A stretch of 63,522 nucleotides of DNA, the filler included, from Octopus bimaculoides (Eukaryota), in NCBI RefSeq assembly GCF_001194135.2. It is 5 parts of 5 records of this genome, joined end to end, with 100 filler letters (N's around TTAATTAATTAA, not from the genome) between each part and the next. Parts side by side here need not be neighbours in the genome. Positions count along the whole stretch, not along the records: positions 1 to 27,384 come from NC_068981.1; 4 more parts are not named here. One strand, written 5' to 3'. Below, in pieces: positions 11,221-25,499 of the stretch (positions are counted from its first letter, which is position 1; each line of letters starts with the position of its first letter). The notes under the pieces were generated by a model. The model was not told where the DNA came from and made no database searches. It worked only from the letters and a program-made list of their open reading frames with translations. The translations under genes were made by a program, and so were the position numbers.

Positions 11221-13644
11221 TGTAACTTGAAAAAGATTAAGCTGCTGTTATAAACATATAAAAACTACTGTGTAGAAGCTATCTCACTGAATAGTGAGGA
11301 ATCCTGCTATTTTAGAATGTCCATAATAGAAAGATACCATAACTGTTGCTTTCTGATGTCCAATCCATTCTCAAAGACATGTCATATCTTCCGTAATGCA
11401 TGCTAGCAATAAGTTAATATTGCAGTGCTTCCCATCTCAGTATATGTAACAATACCAACATCCCCTGTGTGCCTATATATGAAACCAGTTTGAAATTATT
11501 TGGTTTGATCCATTAATATTTACATGACAAGGAAGGTGGTGAGCTGGCAGACTCATTAACATACCAGTTAAAATGGCTACCAGCATTTCAACCATCTTTA
11601 CATTCTGAGTTCAAATTCTGCAGAGGTCAACCTTGCCTTTCATGCTTTTGGGGTTGATAAAATAATCACATTGCTCTTATCAATAGATTCATCTCTGTAA
11701 ATAACTTGTTTGTTAGACATATCAAGTCCCTCTTTTGTTAAATGGTTAACGTTGGTCTGTTGCTTCCACTTAGAACCTAATATTTGAAGAATATAGCAGA
11801 AGAGCTACTCTATCACCAATGGCAATTTGAACCACCTATATAAGTTAATTAAAAAGTTACACCCACTTGTGTTTTATTTTTAGTAAAACCCTCATATATG
11901 TAGTAGATATGGCTTACTTCCTCTGCAGAGGGCATTTCAGAACTGAGCAGGCAGATCTGATGGCTATAAATCAATAGAAGCTTACATAAAAGTGATAAGT
12001 ATCACATCTATTGTTCAAGAGCATTAATCCATAGAAACCATGACCGGGTTTTGCTTTGGGCCCATCACACACACACACACGCGCGCGCACACGAATTTTT
12101 GCAGAATCTTTGAAAGCATACTTTTCAATATTTTCTCCAGGTCCTCACACTGTGATTTCAAATTTCTCTTATATCTCTCAATAAAACAATGTACCAATCA
12201 ATATAGGGGTACTCGGTCAGACAAGGTACGAATCAAGTACTAGGGCGGACGGTTTCAATTAATACTTCGCCCTTAAAATTACTAACATTGTTCGAATAAT
12301 ATTTAGCAAGCTTGAATATTATACTGATAGTATTAGCAGTAGCAATGTATACTTTCACTGAGGAATAATAGAATTTCTGTCTTCAATAAACTGTTTAAAA
12401 TGTCATGAATCTAGAGAAATATGCCAATGTCCTGCCATTTTTTTTTATATGCATGGATTTCATAATGAAATAAAGAATTCCATAATGAAATAGAGAGAAG
12501 CCTCAATATAATGCTGTTAATATAAAACTCACTGATGATATAATTTCTAAAAAGGTAAGACAATTGAAGATGCAAAGAAATATATTGTATCTGAAGTTTT
12601 CAATGTTGTTTCTAATGTGAAATGGAATGCTGAATACATGAAATGAGAACACTTACTGAAACTCCGTTTGCTCTCCTCCTAGCAATTTTCTGTTGAACCA
12701 GTGGCAGATCCTCTGCTTAGTAACTCAACCTACTACAAACAGCAACCATATTTCCTTCAACTAACATGCTATTTTTTTTTTGAGAAGTGAAATATAGATA
12801 AGATATATAGTCCTAGATGCACTAAAATTAAGTAAAAAATGAGATGGTCATATTTGGAATACTATTCACCATTGTTCTCTCCAGCTGAGGCTGACTCAGA
12901 ACTAAATAACCTACTTTTCTCTTTCCTCTACTAATCCCCATCTCAATATTATCATGATACCACTAATATCTCCTTTGGCCTTTACACTTTAATGCATGTG
13001 ATAACTACTTCAGTGGGCACAATGATTCACAGACTAGAAAATTTAGCAAGAGGCAACTGGCTGATTAATACATTCATAGGCTATTTATTAATTAGTATCA
13101 TAATAGGTATGGGTGTGGCTGTGCAGTTCAGAAGTTTGCTTCAGCATCATATGGTTTCAAATGTGTTCCTACTGCATGAACACAATGAGTTGACAATCTT
13201 TGCTATAGTCACAGGTTGACCAGTACCGTTTGAGTGAAAATTAGTCAATTAATGCTAAATTTTTGTTTCCTTTCTACAGCTAAAAGGCAGATTTCAATTC
13301 ATTAAATAATTATGCATATGCCATTCAGTACATGCTAACTACCTTAATTAGCTATGTTCATGTCATTGCCCTTTTTGACTTTATTCTCTTTGTTCAGTTT
13401 ATGTAATTACACAAATTATACTGGACAAAAATAAATAATTGTAAGTCATCTTTTGCATATATAATCTCCATCATCTGATCATAAAAGACTTGGGAAGACA
13501 ATGCTATAATGATGATGTCTAATACATTTATAACCTATCCATAATCGACACCTTACCTGCTAATAAAGATCAGAGTTTCTGTCAGTATTTGAAATATAGA
13601 TTATGTGTGAAACAATTCTTTTATATTTGAAAATTATCAATGCC

Positions 13645-13830
13645 AGGCAAAATGCTTAGCAGCATTTCATCCATCTTTACGTTCCGAATTCAAAATCTGC
13701 CAAGCTCCATTTTGCATTTCATCCATTCAGGGCCAACAAAATAAGTACCAGTTGAACACCAGCATCAATGTAAGTGACTTAACCCCTACCTACAAATTGT
13801 TGGTCTTGTGCCAAAATTTGAAACCAATAT
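13645..13830 (+). mobile_element. SINE family S1
   Basis: caggcaaaatgcttagc...ccaaaatttgaaaccaat. Confidence 0.7.
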
Positions 13831-14479
13831 TTCAGAATTATCTTGCTTGTTTCTTTGAGGTTAGTTAATGAGTATTAGTTGCATATTTGTTTCCACTCTC
13901 CCACTATGAGTCAAGTTTAAATTCATTAAGAGTCCCTTCATAAACATCATTCAGTACATTATCATCTACCTGAATTATTTAGATTTATTGGTCCACTTAA
14001 TTTATTTCCCTTAATTTATATTTTGCAATTAAGCTTAGACTTCACTATGAAGGATTAAAAATCAGAATGGCTAAAGCTGGAACTTCTTTCATTACAGTTC
14101 TGCTTAATGACGACAAACAACATCATTATGAATATTATAATCATCTTCATGTTGGTGATTATGATGATGTTCATGAAAGTAGTGGTAATTAGAATGGTAA
14201 TTAGCAACATCGTTATTGTCATTATCCTCATAGTCAGTATTTATCATTAGCACATTAAATGTGTTCATGACTTCTCAGATAAAACCTAAACATTGATTCC
14301 AGTGCTTCCTCTTCATTATCCTTATTATCATAATCATAATCAACCATCTATGAATCACTACTACCACTGGCACCAAAACCATCGCCCCCCCCCCTAGCCT
14401 TGACCGCTGCTGCTGCTGCTGCCACCACCACCATTACCACCTACACTTTCATCTGTAGAACCATAACTCATCATTACTA

Positions 14480-14880
14480 TTATCATCAGCATTTAATGTC
14501 TGTTTTCCATGCTGGTATAGGTTGGATAGTTTGACAGAAGCTGACCAGCTGGAGGACTGCATTAGGCTCCAATTGCCTGTCTTGGCTTGGTTTCTATGGC
14601 GGGATGCCTTTCCTAATGCCAGCCTCTTTACAGAGTGTACTGGGTGCTTTATACATGGCATCAACATAAGTGCTGTATATGTGATACTGGCATGGATGAT
14701 TTACATGGCACCAGCTTGTGTGCTTTGTACATGGCATGGACACGGGTGCTCTATATGTGGCACTGGTATGCATGCTTTTTTACATGAAACCAGCATGGAT
14801 GCTTTCTATGTGGCATGAGCATCGATGCTTTTTAATTGGCACTGGCACAAGCGTTTTATTGTGGTACCAGCACCTGCAAG
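14480..14880 (-). mobile_element. RTE LINE 3' UTR copy with expanded ~30-bp gtgcttttacatggcac module
   Basis: Begins catcagcatttaatgtctgttttccatgctgg; about seven diverged tandem modules at 14640-14880. Confidence 0.7.
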
Positions 14881-15381
14881 CTCATGAGACAAGGACCTCT
14901 CTGCTGAGATCAGTAGTGGAACCAAGAGATTAGAGTATGGCAGAGGTAGCCCTCTCATTATTGAGGTGTTACTTGGCTACCTCAGTTGGACAAGGAAGGA
15001 GAGGAAAGTGGGAGATAGTCAGGGAGAGAGATTGAGAGATATTCAGAATGAGAGTGAGAGAGAAAGAAGGGGTCTGCCCGCAGGTAACAGTGGGGGTAGT
15101 ATAAGTAGTCCAGATAGGACAGAGGGAGATATTTAGAGATCGCAGAGAACAGCAGGTGATGCTGAGAGGAATTGGATTGGTTGTGGTGGTACCAACGTTT
15201 TCATAATATCATACATATACTGAAATATTATTTATACATTTCACAGTGGATATTTACAAAGTTTTTAACAACTGGATTCCCTTCCAAACACCAACCACTT
15301 TACAGTGGGGACTGGGTGCTTTTAAGTGACACCTGCACTGACAAGGTCGACAAATACTTGCAAGACAATAAAAAAAGTATG

Positions 15382-15427
<46 letters not shown>

Positions 15428-15529
15428 GAAGGCACGTGGCTTAGTGGATGTTAAAATGATGATGATCCTTGTGTCTGAATTGAAACAAGAAACCTTATGA
15501 ACCAAGATTATCTTGGAAAAGAGAAATGG

Positions 15530-15905
15530 GTATTATTTACTTGTTTCAGTCATTGGACTGTGGCCATGCTGGGGCAGCACTTTGAAGTGTCTAATCAAGC
15601 AAATTGACCCCTATACTTATTTTTTCTAAGCCTGTTACTTATTCTATTGCTATCTTTTTCCAGCCTGCTGAGTTATGAGGACATTCAAAAAGCAATAGAG
15701 TGAAGTGGTAGAGTGAGACAAACAAAACCACACAACAACACACAAATATATACATATGAAAGGCTTCTTTCAATTTCTGTCTATCAAACGCTCACAAGAT
15801 TTTGATCAGCTCCAGGCTATAGTAAAAGACTATTGTGCCAGGTGCCATGAAGTGGGACTGATCCTGAAATCATGTGGTTGGGAAACAAACCTCTTACCAC
15901 ACAAC
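15530..15905 (-). mobile_element. Composite SINE family S2
   Basis: tttacttgtttcagtcattggactg tail through gggaaacaaacctcttaccacac head. Confidence 0.7.
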
Positions 15906-16379
15906 CACAATAATTTGGGTGGAGTTAGTAAACAGTTAGTTAATGTTAAGATTGAGATCATGATGGATCAGCAGTTACTGGTAAAAATATAGAAGAATAA
16001 TCTAGAAGTGTAACTTACAGGAAGTTAAGAGTCATACAGAATAATGATAACTGGAGGAGTTAAAATTAGGGAGGAAGCTAAAATGAGAAAAAGGTAATAT
16101 TTTTAGATTTCCAGGTTAATACTAGGTTGCTCTCAACCAACTAGCTAGAATCAGTAAAAATGCAATCACAATTGTTCTCTTTGTTTATTACTTCAGTCGT
16201 CATGTGTACATGTGACTTTAATTTTCAACCTCAGAGTACTTTACTTCCCTCATACATTACCATTTTCTCACCAATGACGGCTTGTATTTCTTCATAATAA
16301 TTATATGAAGTTATCTATGTGTCTTCTTCCTTAAACATCTTTGGAAATAGAGCAATGGTGGATAATACTGTGCTACTAC

Positions 16380-16660
16380 AGTACTAAGCGATACATTGAA
16401 GAACAAGAAATATGAAGATAGTAAAGTAAATCTACAAGGAAAAGCCAATACATTAACTTGATACAGTCTATGCATCTGCAAGCAACTACTTTGTCAAATT
16501 ATTCAAAACGACTTCAGGGTGGTTAGTTTAGAAAATGATAAACCATTCCAGAGTTTTATTTGCAGCTTTTACTGCTGAATTTAAGACAATGGAACGGATC
16601 TCTTTTGAAAACTCATTTTGTGTAATTTACTTCAGCAATTTGCCATAAAGTATATACGGT
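16380..16660 (+). pseudogene. Possible decayed hAT (Charlie/Buster-like) transposase C-terminal fragment
   Basis: LSDT...VNLQGKANTL, KQLLCQIIQNDF and FENSF resemble the family pattern N-x2-LQG...KL.L...NPF; heavily degraded. Confidence 0.3.
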
Positions 16661-17057
16661 CCGTAGCATAAGCTATCATTAAATTACAACAGCTACTGGT
16701 AAATAACAATATCAATTGTTGCACTTTGACTATTTAGATTATATATTATTATAGGTAAATAAAGCCCTTTTAGAATGCATCTCTTACGAATAATCTTGCT
16801 TATTGTCTCTTTTGTTTCAAGAGACGGTTTGTGTCTCTTTGATGCAAATTTTTATCAATGACTTAAAACCACAACCTCTCACAGTTAGGTGGCCATTGGC
16901 ATGATCGAAGCAATGAATCACTTTCTATAAAATATATAAATTGCATTGGGCTATAATATCTAACTTAGAACAAAATTGATGAGATATCATAGTTGAAATA
17001 AATGGGTGTATAACAATTCAGAAATGATATTATCTACTCGCATGTGCACGCGCGCAT

Positions 17058-17095
<38 letters not shown>

Positions 17096-17972
17096 GCATA
17101 TATGTATATAAATGTATATGCATATATACATGCATAACCACATTTTATAAGTACATAATATATGTATATGTATATATATATATACACACATACATACACA
17201 GGAACACAAACACATAAATATTTGTATATATATATATATACACACACACACACGAACACAAACACATAAATATTTGTGTATATATATATGTGTGTGTGTC
17301 TGTGTGTGTGTGTGGAAATGTGTGTTTCTAAGCTTACATAATGTAGAAAAAAAAAATCACTGAAAGATTACCTGAAAAGTATTTAATATCTTTTTAAACT
17401 TTACAAAAGTTAATACTATAAACTCTGTAAACTATACATTTTCATTATTTAAATGATGTATATATTCTCAATATATTCACACAAGTAAAAATGCAAATGA
17501 TACATTATAGTGGTCTTGTTTCTGGTACATTTAGTCAAAAAATGGAAATAACCACAAAACTGAAGTTGTTAAAGGTGCCATTATTGATGGTTTAAGACAT
17601 AGGTGCATGAATTAGATATTCCAGGATTCATATTTATAACTACTTATGCACTATAATGTATATATCTGCATAATTGTTTATCTCTATCTATCTATTTATC
17701 TATCCTTCAGTCTGTTTATCTGTTTGTCTCTCTCACTCTCTGTCTTTTCATATATGTGTGTTTTTGAGTGTGTATATATGTATGTGTGTGTAGTTAGACT
17801 TCTTTTGGGAGTTTGTCTTGTTCTTATCTCTGTGTGTTTATGTATTTTTCACTCATTGGTAATATCCTGCACTTAATGAGCATTTTTTTGGTACTTGTCC
17901 TGTATTTATCTGTCGTGCGTTTACATATTTTTCACTCATTGGTGATGTCCTGTCTTAATGTATATTTTTGAT

Positions 17973-18017
<45 letters not shown>

Positions 18018-18269
18018 ATATATATCTATTATTTAAAAGAGTTCCAACTGTCTGTTTTTTAAGTGTAATTTATATTCTTATAAAATTAATGTGGGATGTA
18101 GAATATGGAATATATAATATAAATAGTAAAATGAAATGAAGTATTGAATGTCTTATTGAATATATGAAATATTGAGTATTAAATATATATAGGGGCTAGT
18201 ATACTTTCCTGCTTTATAGCAGTCATAAAGGTCCCGTCTGACAGATACACACACATACACACATTTACA

Positions 18270-18486
18270 TATGAGGGGATGCTGAACAGTTCTTGGCTTT
18301 GTGTAAAAGAAAATACAGGAAGGTTAGTCAATTTTGATTTTATTCAACATATTCCCCTCTCAGATTCACATACCTATTGCAGCAGTCCTTCAGTTTTTCT
18401 AAGCCCTGTAAAAGAACTTGCAAGGTTAGACCTCCAGCCAGGCCTTTTGAGATACCTTTAAAGCCAAGAACTTTTCAGCACCCCTT
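18270..18486. mobile_element. Mariner-type MITE
   Basis: TIRs gaggggatgctgaacagttcttggcttt / aaagccaagaacttttcagcacccct; related copy at 29454-29645. Confidence 0.75.
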
Positions 18487-18984
18487 TTTATACATCCAAA
18501 CACACACACACACATATAGAGGGAGAAATGGATTGATAGATGGACAGACAAACAGACAGATAGACAGAAAGATAACTATGTGTATGTTTGTGTATTTAGT
18601 ACATTCCTATTCTACTTTCCCACTTACACAACTCTAAAAGAATATGTCCTCTTTCTAATTTCTGAAATTATTGAAGAGATTTCTTCATTGTTTTACTTCT
18701 TTTACTTGAGCTTGTTCCCTTTCCTCTATCAATTTTGTCCCTCTTTGCATGTCCATCTATCTGCTCCCAACCAACCAACCAACACATGCACCCACACAAA
18801 CACCCACCAGTGCTGCAACCTATCTATGTATTTATTCATCTATTTAGTTACCTAGCTAGCTATCTACAGCGTGTACAATAGTTTCTGGAGCATGTAAACC
18901 TGTACTGAAAAAAGAAGAAACAATTGAAGAAATAAAATGATTTGCACACTTCATTCTTCTTATTTGTTATTACAATACATCATA

Positions 18985-19190
18985 AGGTGGTGAACTGACA
19001 GAATTGTTAGCCTGTTGGGCAAAATGGCTAGCAGCATTTTGTCTGCTCTGAGTTCAAATTCTGCTGTGGTCAACTTTGCTTTTATCTTTTCAGGGTCAAT
19101 AATTTCAGTACTGGTGAAACATTTGGATTGGTGTAATTGATGTATCTCCAAAAATTTCAGGCTTTCTGCATATAGTAGAAAGGGTTATTA
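18985..19190 (+). mobile_element. SINE family S1, diverged
   Basis: aggtggtgaactgacagaattgttagc...ctgagttcaaattctgct. Confidence 0.65.
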
Positions 19191-19280
19191 CAATATATCA
19201 TTATCATCATCATTTAGTGTCCATTTTCCATGCTGGCACATGTTGGAGGGATGTGTTTCCTAACACACATCCCTTTATAA

Positions 19281-19506
19281 CAGTGTTTCTCAACCTTTTT
19301 ACTATTGCATAACCCTTAAAATAAATTACATGTCTCAAGGAACCCCTGCACAAAAAAAATTATATCCCATATCCCGTCTCACGGTGGTGCACCAGCATGA
19401 CCGCAGCCACTTGGCTGAAACACATAAATAAATAAATAAATATCTTACTCATAGTTTTTCATCGTAGTTCAAGTGGTAAATATCATATATATACACACAC
19501 ACACAC

Positions 19507-19537
<31 letters not shown>

Positions 19538-20596
19538 NNNNNNNNNNNNNNNNNNNNNNNNNNNNNNNNNNNNNNNNNNNNNNNNNNNNNNNNNNNNNNN
19601 NNNNNNNNNNNNNNNNNNNNNNNNNNNNNNNNNNNNNNNNNNNNNNNNNNNNNNNNNNNNNNNNNNNNNNNNNNNNNNNNNNNNNNNNNNNNNNNNNNNN
19701 NNNNNNNNNNNNNNNNNNNNNNNNNNNNNNNNNNNNNNNNNNNNNNNNNNNNNNNNNNNNNNNNNNNNNNNNNNNNNNNNNNNNNNNNNNNNNNNNNNNN
19801 NNNNNNNNNNNNNNNNNNNNNNNNNNNNNNNNNNNNNNNNNNNNNNNNNNNNNNNNNNNNNNNNNNNNNNNNNNNNNNNNNNNNNNNNNNNNNNNNNNNN
19901 NNNNNNNNNNNNNNNNNNNNNNNNNNNNNNNNNNNNNNNNNNNNNNNNNNNNNNNNNNNNNNNNNNNNNNNNNNNNNNNNNNNNNNNNNNNNNNNNNNNN
20001 NNNNNNNNNNNNNNNNNNNNNNNNNNNNNNNNNNNNNNNNNNNNNNNNNNNNNNNNNNNNNNNNNNNNNNNNNNNNNNNNNNNNNNNNNNNNNNNNNNNN
20101 NNNNNNNNNNNNNNNNNNNNNNNNNNNNNNNNNNNNNNNNNNNNNNNNNNNNNNNNNNNNNNNNATATATATATATATATATATATATACATATGTATAT
20201 ATATATCACAGGGATGTGAGTTCGAGTCTCTTGGCTGGCCGGTAATGACTTTTTCTGCAATATATGAATAGTTTATCCTGTTCATGCCATTGTATTAGCA
20301 TTATCATGCATTTGAGAATAAATTACTTCTGTATCTTTCAATACATCTCAACACTTCTAAAACAAACTTTGTTTACATTCATTGTAAGTTGAATATATAT
20401 GGTTGCTATATTTTTTTGATAACATAGTAGGTTAGATTGGATGATGTCTATATTACAATAGGCAATATGTTGTGCATGTATCGTAATATTACGGTCATGA
20501 AATTAGCATTAGCTTATTTAAACTCTTTCTTGCAGAACCCCTAGGAACGTTTTGCAGAACCCTAGGGTTCTAGGGAACCCCACTTGAGAAATGCTG
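19281..20596. mobile_element. hAT (Charlie-like) non-autonomous element spanning a gap
   Basis: Ends cagtgtttctcaa / ttgagaaatgctg; imperfect 8-bp TSD ctttataa / ctttacag; the flanks rejoin an RTE tail. Confidence 0.6.
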
Positions 20597-21093
20597 CTTT
20601 ACAGAGTGTTCTTTTTCAAAATATTTTTGTTGTGGCACAAGCACTTGTAAGGTGTCACATCTTCAACACGGCTAAAGAGTGGCTCTCAAAACCTCAAGTT
20701 TTACAGTGCACTGGGTGTATTTTTCATGAGATGAGCATTAGAGAAGTAGTCATATCTTGAACAAACTCACATCTCTGCTTTCTCACCAACCACTTTACAG
20801 AATATGAAAACATGAATGACAGAAACATGAATGATAATGGTGAGATGGATGTGTGATAATGGATGGAGTGATCAGAGTACCCAGTATACTGAGATAGGTA
20901 TGTATATTCAAATCAATGTAACATGAGGGAGATGGCAGGGGAATGACAGAAGTTGATATGACCCAAGAGAGAGTGCAATGACAGAGGCCTAAGTAATGTG
21001 GTTGGAAAAGTGTAAGAGTATGCTGGCAGATAAAAGGGAAATGCAGTGGTTGTAAGCAATACAGGATGGAAGAGTGAAGGTAGAGGGAACTGA

Positions 21094-21156
<63 letters not shown>

Positions 21157-21644
21157 CATGGTTATATATGTATACAGAAATACACAAGTGCAGAAGATAG
21201 TAAACAATGAAAATAACGTGGTAACAGAAATTATGTTTTTTAATATGACGGGCAGAAAGAAATTTTAACAGAAAATAATGTATTGTATGGGTTGAAGTGA
21301 AATTTGTCCCTCAGTGAACCAAAGAGTCAGTATTGAAGGAACCAGAAAGAAACCTTCGACAACAGAAAAACACCAAACTGTACAGATTGAAGTGAAATTA
21401 ATGAAGATACTTCTGTCAGTAAATTATGAAATTACTTACATCAGTAATTGTGAACTTCTTTTTGTCAGTAGTTTGTTTGTAAATAGTGATTCAAAACACA
21501 GACTTTAAAGTGCAAAGATGGAAGTGAAACAATAGCGTATGAAAATTGAAAGTGAAAACAAGAGATATGAATAGAGAGATATGTTACAGAGAGATAAAGA
21601 TGGATAGAGAGATCAATAAAGAGATATACATAAAGAGATATTTT

Positions 21645-21878
21645 ATGTCACTGACGGTAGGAAACCGGAAGTAAATATTTTAAAATCTTTGAAATACATG
21701 AATGCAATATAAAAAGCAAAATTTTTTGTTTTTAAATAATTAAAAAACAAAAATCAAATGAAGACCCTATTATATGTCCATAGTCAAATTATTCATGCAT
21801 CAGAAGTATGGAAGTATTTGATAAAGCCGTTTTTGCATTAAAAGTGAATATGTACACATCTCTATTTTATATATTAGA
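21645..21878 (+). mobile_element. Possible Helentron/DINE-like non-autonomous fragment
   Basis: aaaccggaagt core, tcaaattattcatgcatc motif and ttttatatattagac end resemble such elements; weak. Confidence 0.3.
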
Positions 21879-22419
21879 CATGTAGATATAATCATCATCA
21901 TTTTCCACACTGGCATGGGTTTGATGGTTTGACAGGAACTGACAAGTTAGAAGACTGCATCTAGCTCTGTTGTCTGCTTTGGAATGATTTCTACTGCTAA
22001 CCATTTTACAGATGGTATCTGGGCATTTTACTGGCACCAGCAGCAGTGAAGTCACTAGGTAACTTGCAAGACAAGACCCGTCAACTGGCTGTGAGAAGAA
22101 GCATTGACGGACAGAAAAAGGTGTCTAGCATTAGAAGAGAAACATAGCTACTTCTGGTGAGCAGAGAATGCTGACTGAGGAAAGTAAGGAGAGAGAGAGG
22201 AGGGAGAAAGAAAAGATGGTGGAGATGTGAGGGGGATAGGAGGTGGCATACTTCAAGATACAGGATAGTGTATATAGAGAAATGGGCTGCGATTGGAGGG
22301 GATGAGATGGGTATTTGAGCTCATGAGATTGCAAAAGGAGAGCGATAGAGGGAGAAGGAAATGTAATGAGTGGGCACAGGTAGAAGGAGGGAGAGAATTA
22401 AGAGGCTATGCTATGGGGA

Positions 22420-22965
22420 AGAGATCCTTTGTAATCTTCCTTGTGAAGCTTATATTCTGAAGGTCATTTATCACCACTTCATCACATGTCTTCCTGGGTG
22501 GTTCTCTTCTACAGTTTCCCTCTACATTTAGGAATCAGCATTTCTTTATGCAGCTGTCCTCATTCATATGCCTCACATGTCTATGCCAGTGCAATCTTTT
22601 CTCTTGCATACTACATCTGATGCCTCTTATATCTAATTTTTCTCTCAAAACATTAATAATTTGTCATATGTGCCCACTGACATTGCACATTCAGTGGAAC
22701 ATACCAGTTCATTTCTTTCAAGTCTTCACATATAGTCTATAGTCACAGCCCATGTTTCAGTACTATGTAGTATAACTTTCCATACATATATCATGAAAAC
22801 TGCCTTTCACTCTAAGGGAGTGGCCCACTGTTATCAACAAAAGCAATAACTCTCTGAGCTAGTTATAATTCTAACACCTATGAATTCAGAACAACCTCCC
22901 CCATTGCTAATTTGATCACTTAGGTAACAGAAATTTTCTCCTGGGACATTTGAAGAAATCTGTTT
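22420..22965 (-). pseudogene. RTE LINE RT C-terminal fragment
   Basis: Minus strand gives ENFCYLSDQISNGGGCSE and a downstream PPRKTCDEVV-like segment; homologous to 24530-25050. Confidence 0.75.
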
Positions 22966-24029
22966 CCTGTGCATTCTTGTACTGACAAAACTGACACACA
23001 CAAAAGCTAGTTTCTCTCTTAACCTTCCTGGGATTATATATATATACACACACACACACATACATATACACATACAACTTCAAATACATATCCATTCACA
23101 CATTTGAAAATATACAATGACATTAGTTCTTAAATATATATATACATATTCATATATATATATTTAAGAACTAATGTCTTACAGTAGAAGAGTTACTACT
23201 TTGTATATTTTCAAATGTGTGAATGGATATGTATTTGAAGTCAACATCTTTTTATACATAGTTCAAATGAGAAATATAATACTTTCAAGATGAAAAAACA
23301 AACCAAGATGTTGGCAAAGAAACAGTTTCTCTAACAGAAGTGGCTAAAAGTCAAGATAAACCTGAATCTAGCCTTTTATAAAGCATACAGAGGGGAGATA
23401 TAAAATTTAATGGTGAAAAGAAAGTTTGATTGACAGACAGCTAGGAAATTACAGTCAAACAGAGAATCTTAAAAGTATCAGGAAATATTGAACACAAGGG
23501 AAATTCAACCACCTTCCTCTTAAAGAGCACCACAAAGACTATAAGATATATGAAAAGAACAACTTCTCAGTTTTCAGAAGACAGAAGCTATCAAAATATA
23601 ATGATAATTATGCAAGGAGTTCAATAGGATAAAATAAACTATAATTTAACAGATATCAGAGTTAAAAGATAATTAACTCGAGAGAAAAGATATTTAAAGT
23701 TCAAATTGAACAGAATTTAAAATTCTAAATCAACATAAGATAGAAAAAAAAATCACTTGTTATTTATTCATAATACATATGGAAAACGGAAGTAGTGATG
23801 AGCTAGTGCCTAAGTAAAAAGAAATTAAAAATAGCTACATTTTAGAATAGAATAAACTTAATGGCAGGCTATATTAAAATCTCAGTTGAAAACTAGTAAT
23901 AACTAAGAGATAATGAAGATAAGTATAAATGTAAATGCAAAGATCACATACACATGCAAACGTAAATATACATACATACGTACATACGTAAGTACGTATG
24001 TATGTATGTGTAGATACATATATGTGACT

Positions 24030-25475
24030 TTCAACAGGAGGATGCCAAAAAGCAGACCAATCCAGAAGAGAAAGATTTGGAAGCTAAAGAACTCTTCACA
24101 TGGTCAGAGATTTAGGGACATCCTCACCAAGAAATTTGATGGGAGGGAGGAGGAACTACAGTCTTCGGACATAGAAGGCAGCTGGAAATTCTTATGGGAC
24201 AACTTACTGAGTTCCACAGACCAAGTTTGCGGATGGTGCAAAGTCCCTTCTAGACCTAGAGTAATGTGGAGGTGGAATAATATGGTAGACAAAGCCATCA
24301 GAGCAAAGAAACAGGCCTGGAAAGCCTGGAATGGTGGGGGTAGCAGGAAACGTACCAGATAGCCAAAAATGGGGCTGGACAACAGGTATACATGCACGTG
24401 AAAGCTATCTTCCCGTTAATCTTCCTTTGATGTTCAAAGGAAAATTAACCGGGAAGATAGTTTCACGTGCAGCAGATGCACAGGGGCAATAAACACCACA
24501 GATGTTCAGAAAACAGACTCTATCAGAGAAACTAGAAGTAGTTCATAGCTTCTGCTACCTAAGTGACCAAGTCTGTATTTGGAGTGGATGCTCAGAGAGT
24601 GTTATCACTAGAATAAGAGTAGCCTGGGCAAAGTTCAGAAAGCTTTTAACTCTTCTGGTGACAAAGGGCCTCTCGCTCAGAGTGAAAGGTAGATTGCATG
24701 ATGCATGTGGGTGAAATGCCATGCTACACAGCAGTGAAACATGGGCCATGACTGCTGAAAACATGTGTAGGCTCGAAAGAAATGAAGCTAGCATGATCCG
24801 TTGGATGTGTAATGTCAGTGTGCACACATGACAGAGTGTAAGTGCCCTGAAAGAAATGTTAGACATAAGAAGCATCGGATGTGGTGTGCAAGAGAGATGT
24901 TTGTGTTGGTGTGGTCATGTACTGCAGATGGAGGAGAAGAGCTATGTGAAGAAGTGCCACTCCCAAACAGGGGAAGGAATCTGGGGTAGAGGGAGACCCA
25001 GGAAGACATGGGATGAGGTGGTGAAGCATGACCTGCGAACGTTGGGCCTCACAGAGGTATGCTGTGACTGAGAAGACCTGGCAAATGAAGTGAGTCCACA
25101 GCTGTAAACTACACCAGTATCACAGAACCAGCCCACTCAAAAGTACCTTAAATCATAGGGCAACATGCCATGCTTGAGGAGACCTACTGAGTCAAGTAGA
25201 TCAACATCAGAAATATCAAAATCAAATCAAATGGAAATTGTAGTTGTGAGTCCCATGCCAGTAGCACGTAAAAAGCACCATCCGAACGTGGCCAATACCG
25301 GTGCCATGTAAAAAGTACCCACTACATTCTCTGAGTGGTTGGCATTAGGAAGAGCATGCAGCTGTAGAAACACTGCCAGATCAGATTGGGGCCTGGTGCA
25401 GCCTCCTGGCTTCCCAGACCCCACTCGAACTGTCCAACCCATGCCAGCATGGAAAACGGACGTTAAACGATGATA
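24030..25475 (+). mobile_element. Internally deleted RTE-clade LINE: ORF2 fragments plus complete 3' UTR
   Basis: KRKIWKLK...WNNMVDKAIRAKKQAWK, then LEVVHSFCYLSD...RIRVAWAKFRKL...GRGRPRKTWDEVVKHDL, continuing into the ...gttaaacgatgat tail. Confidence 0.88.
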
Positions 25476-25499
25476 TATATATATATATATATATATATA

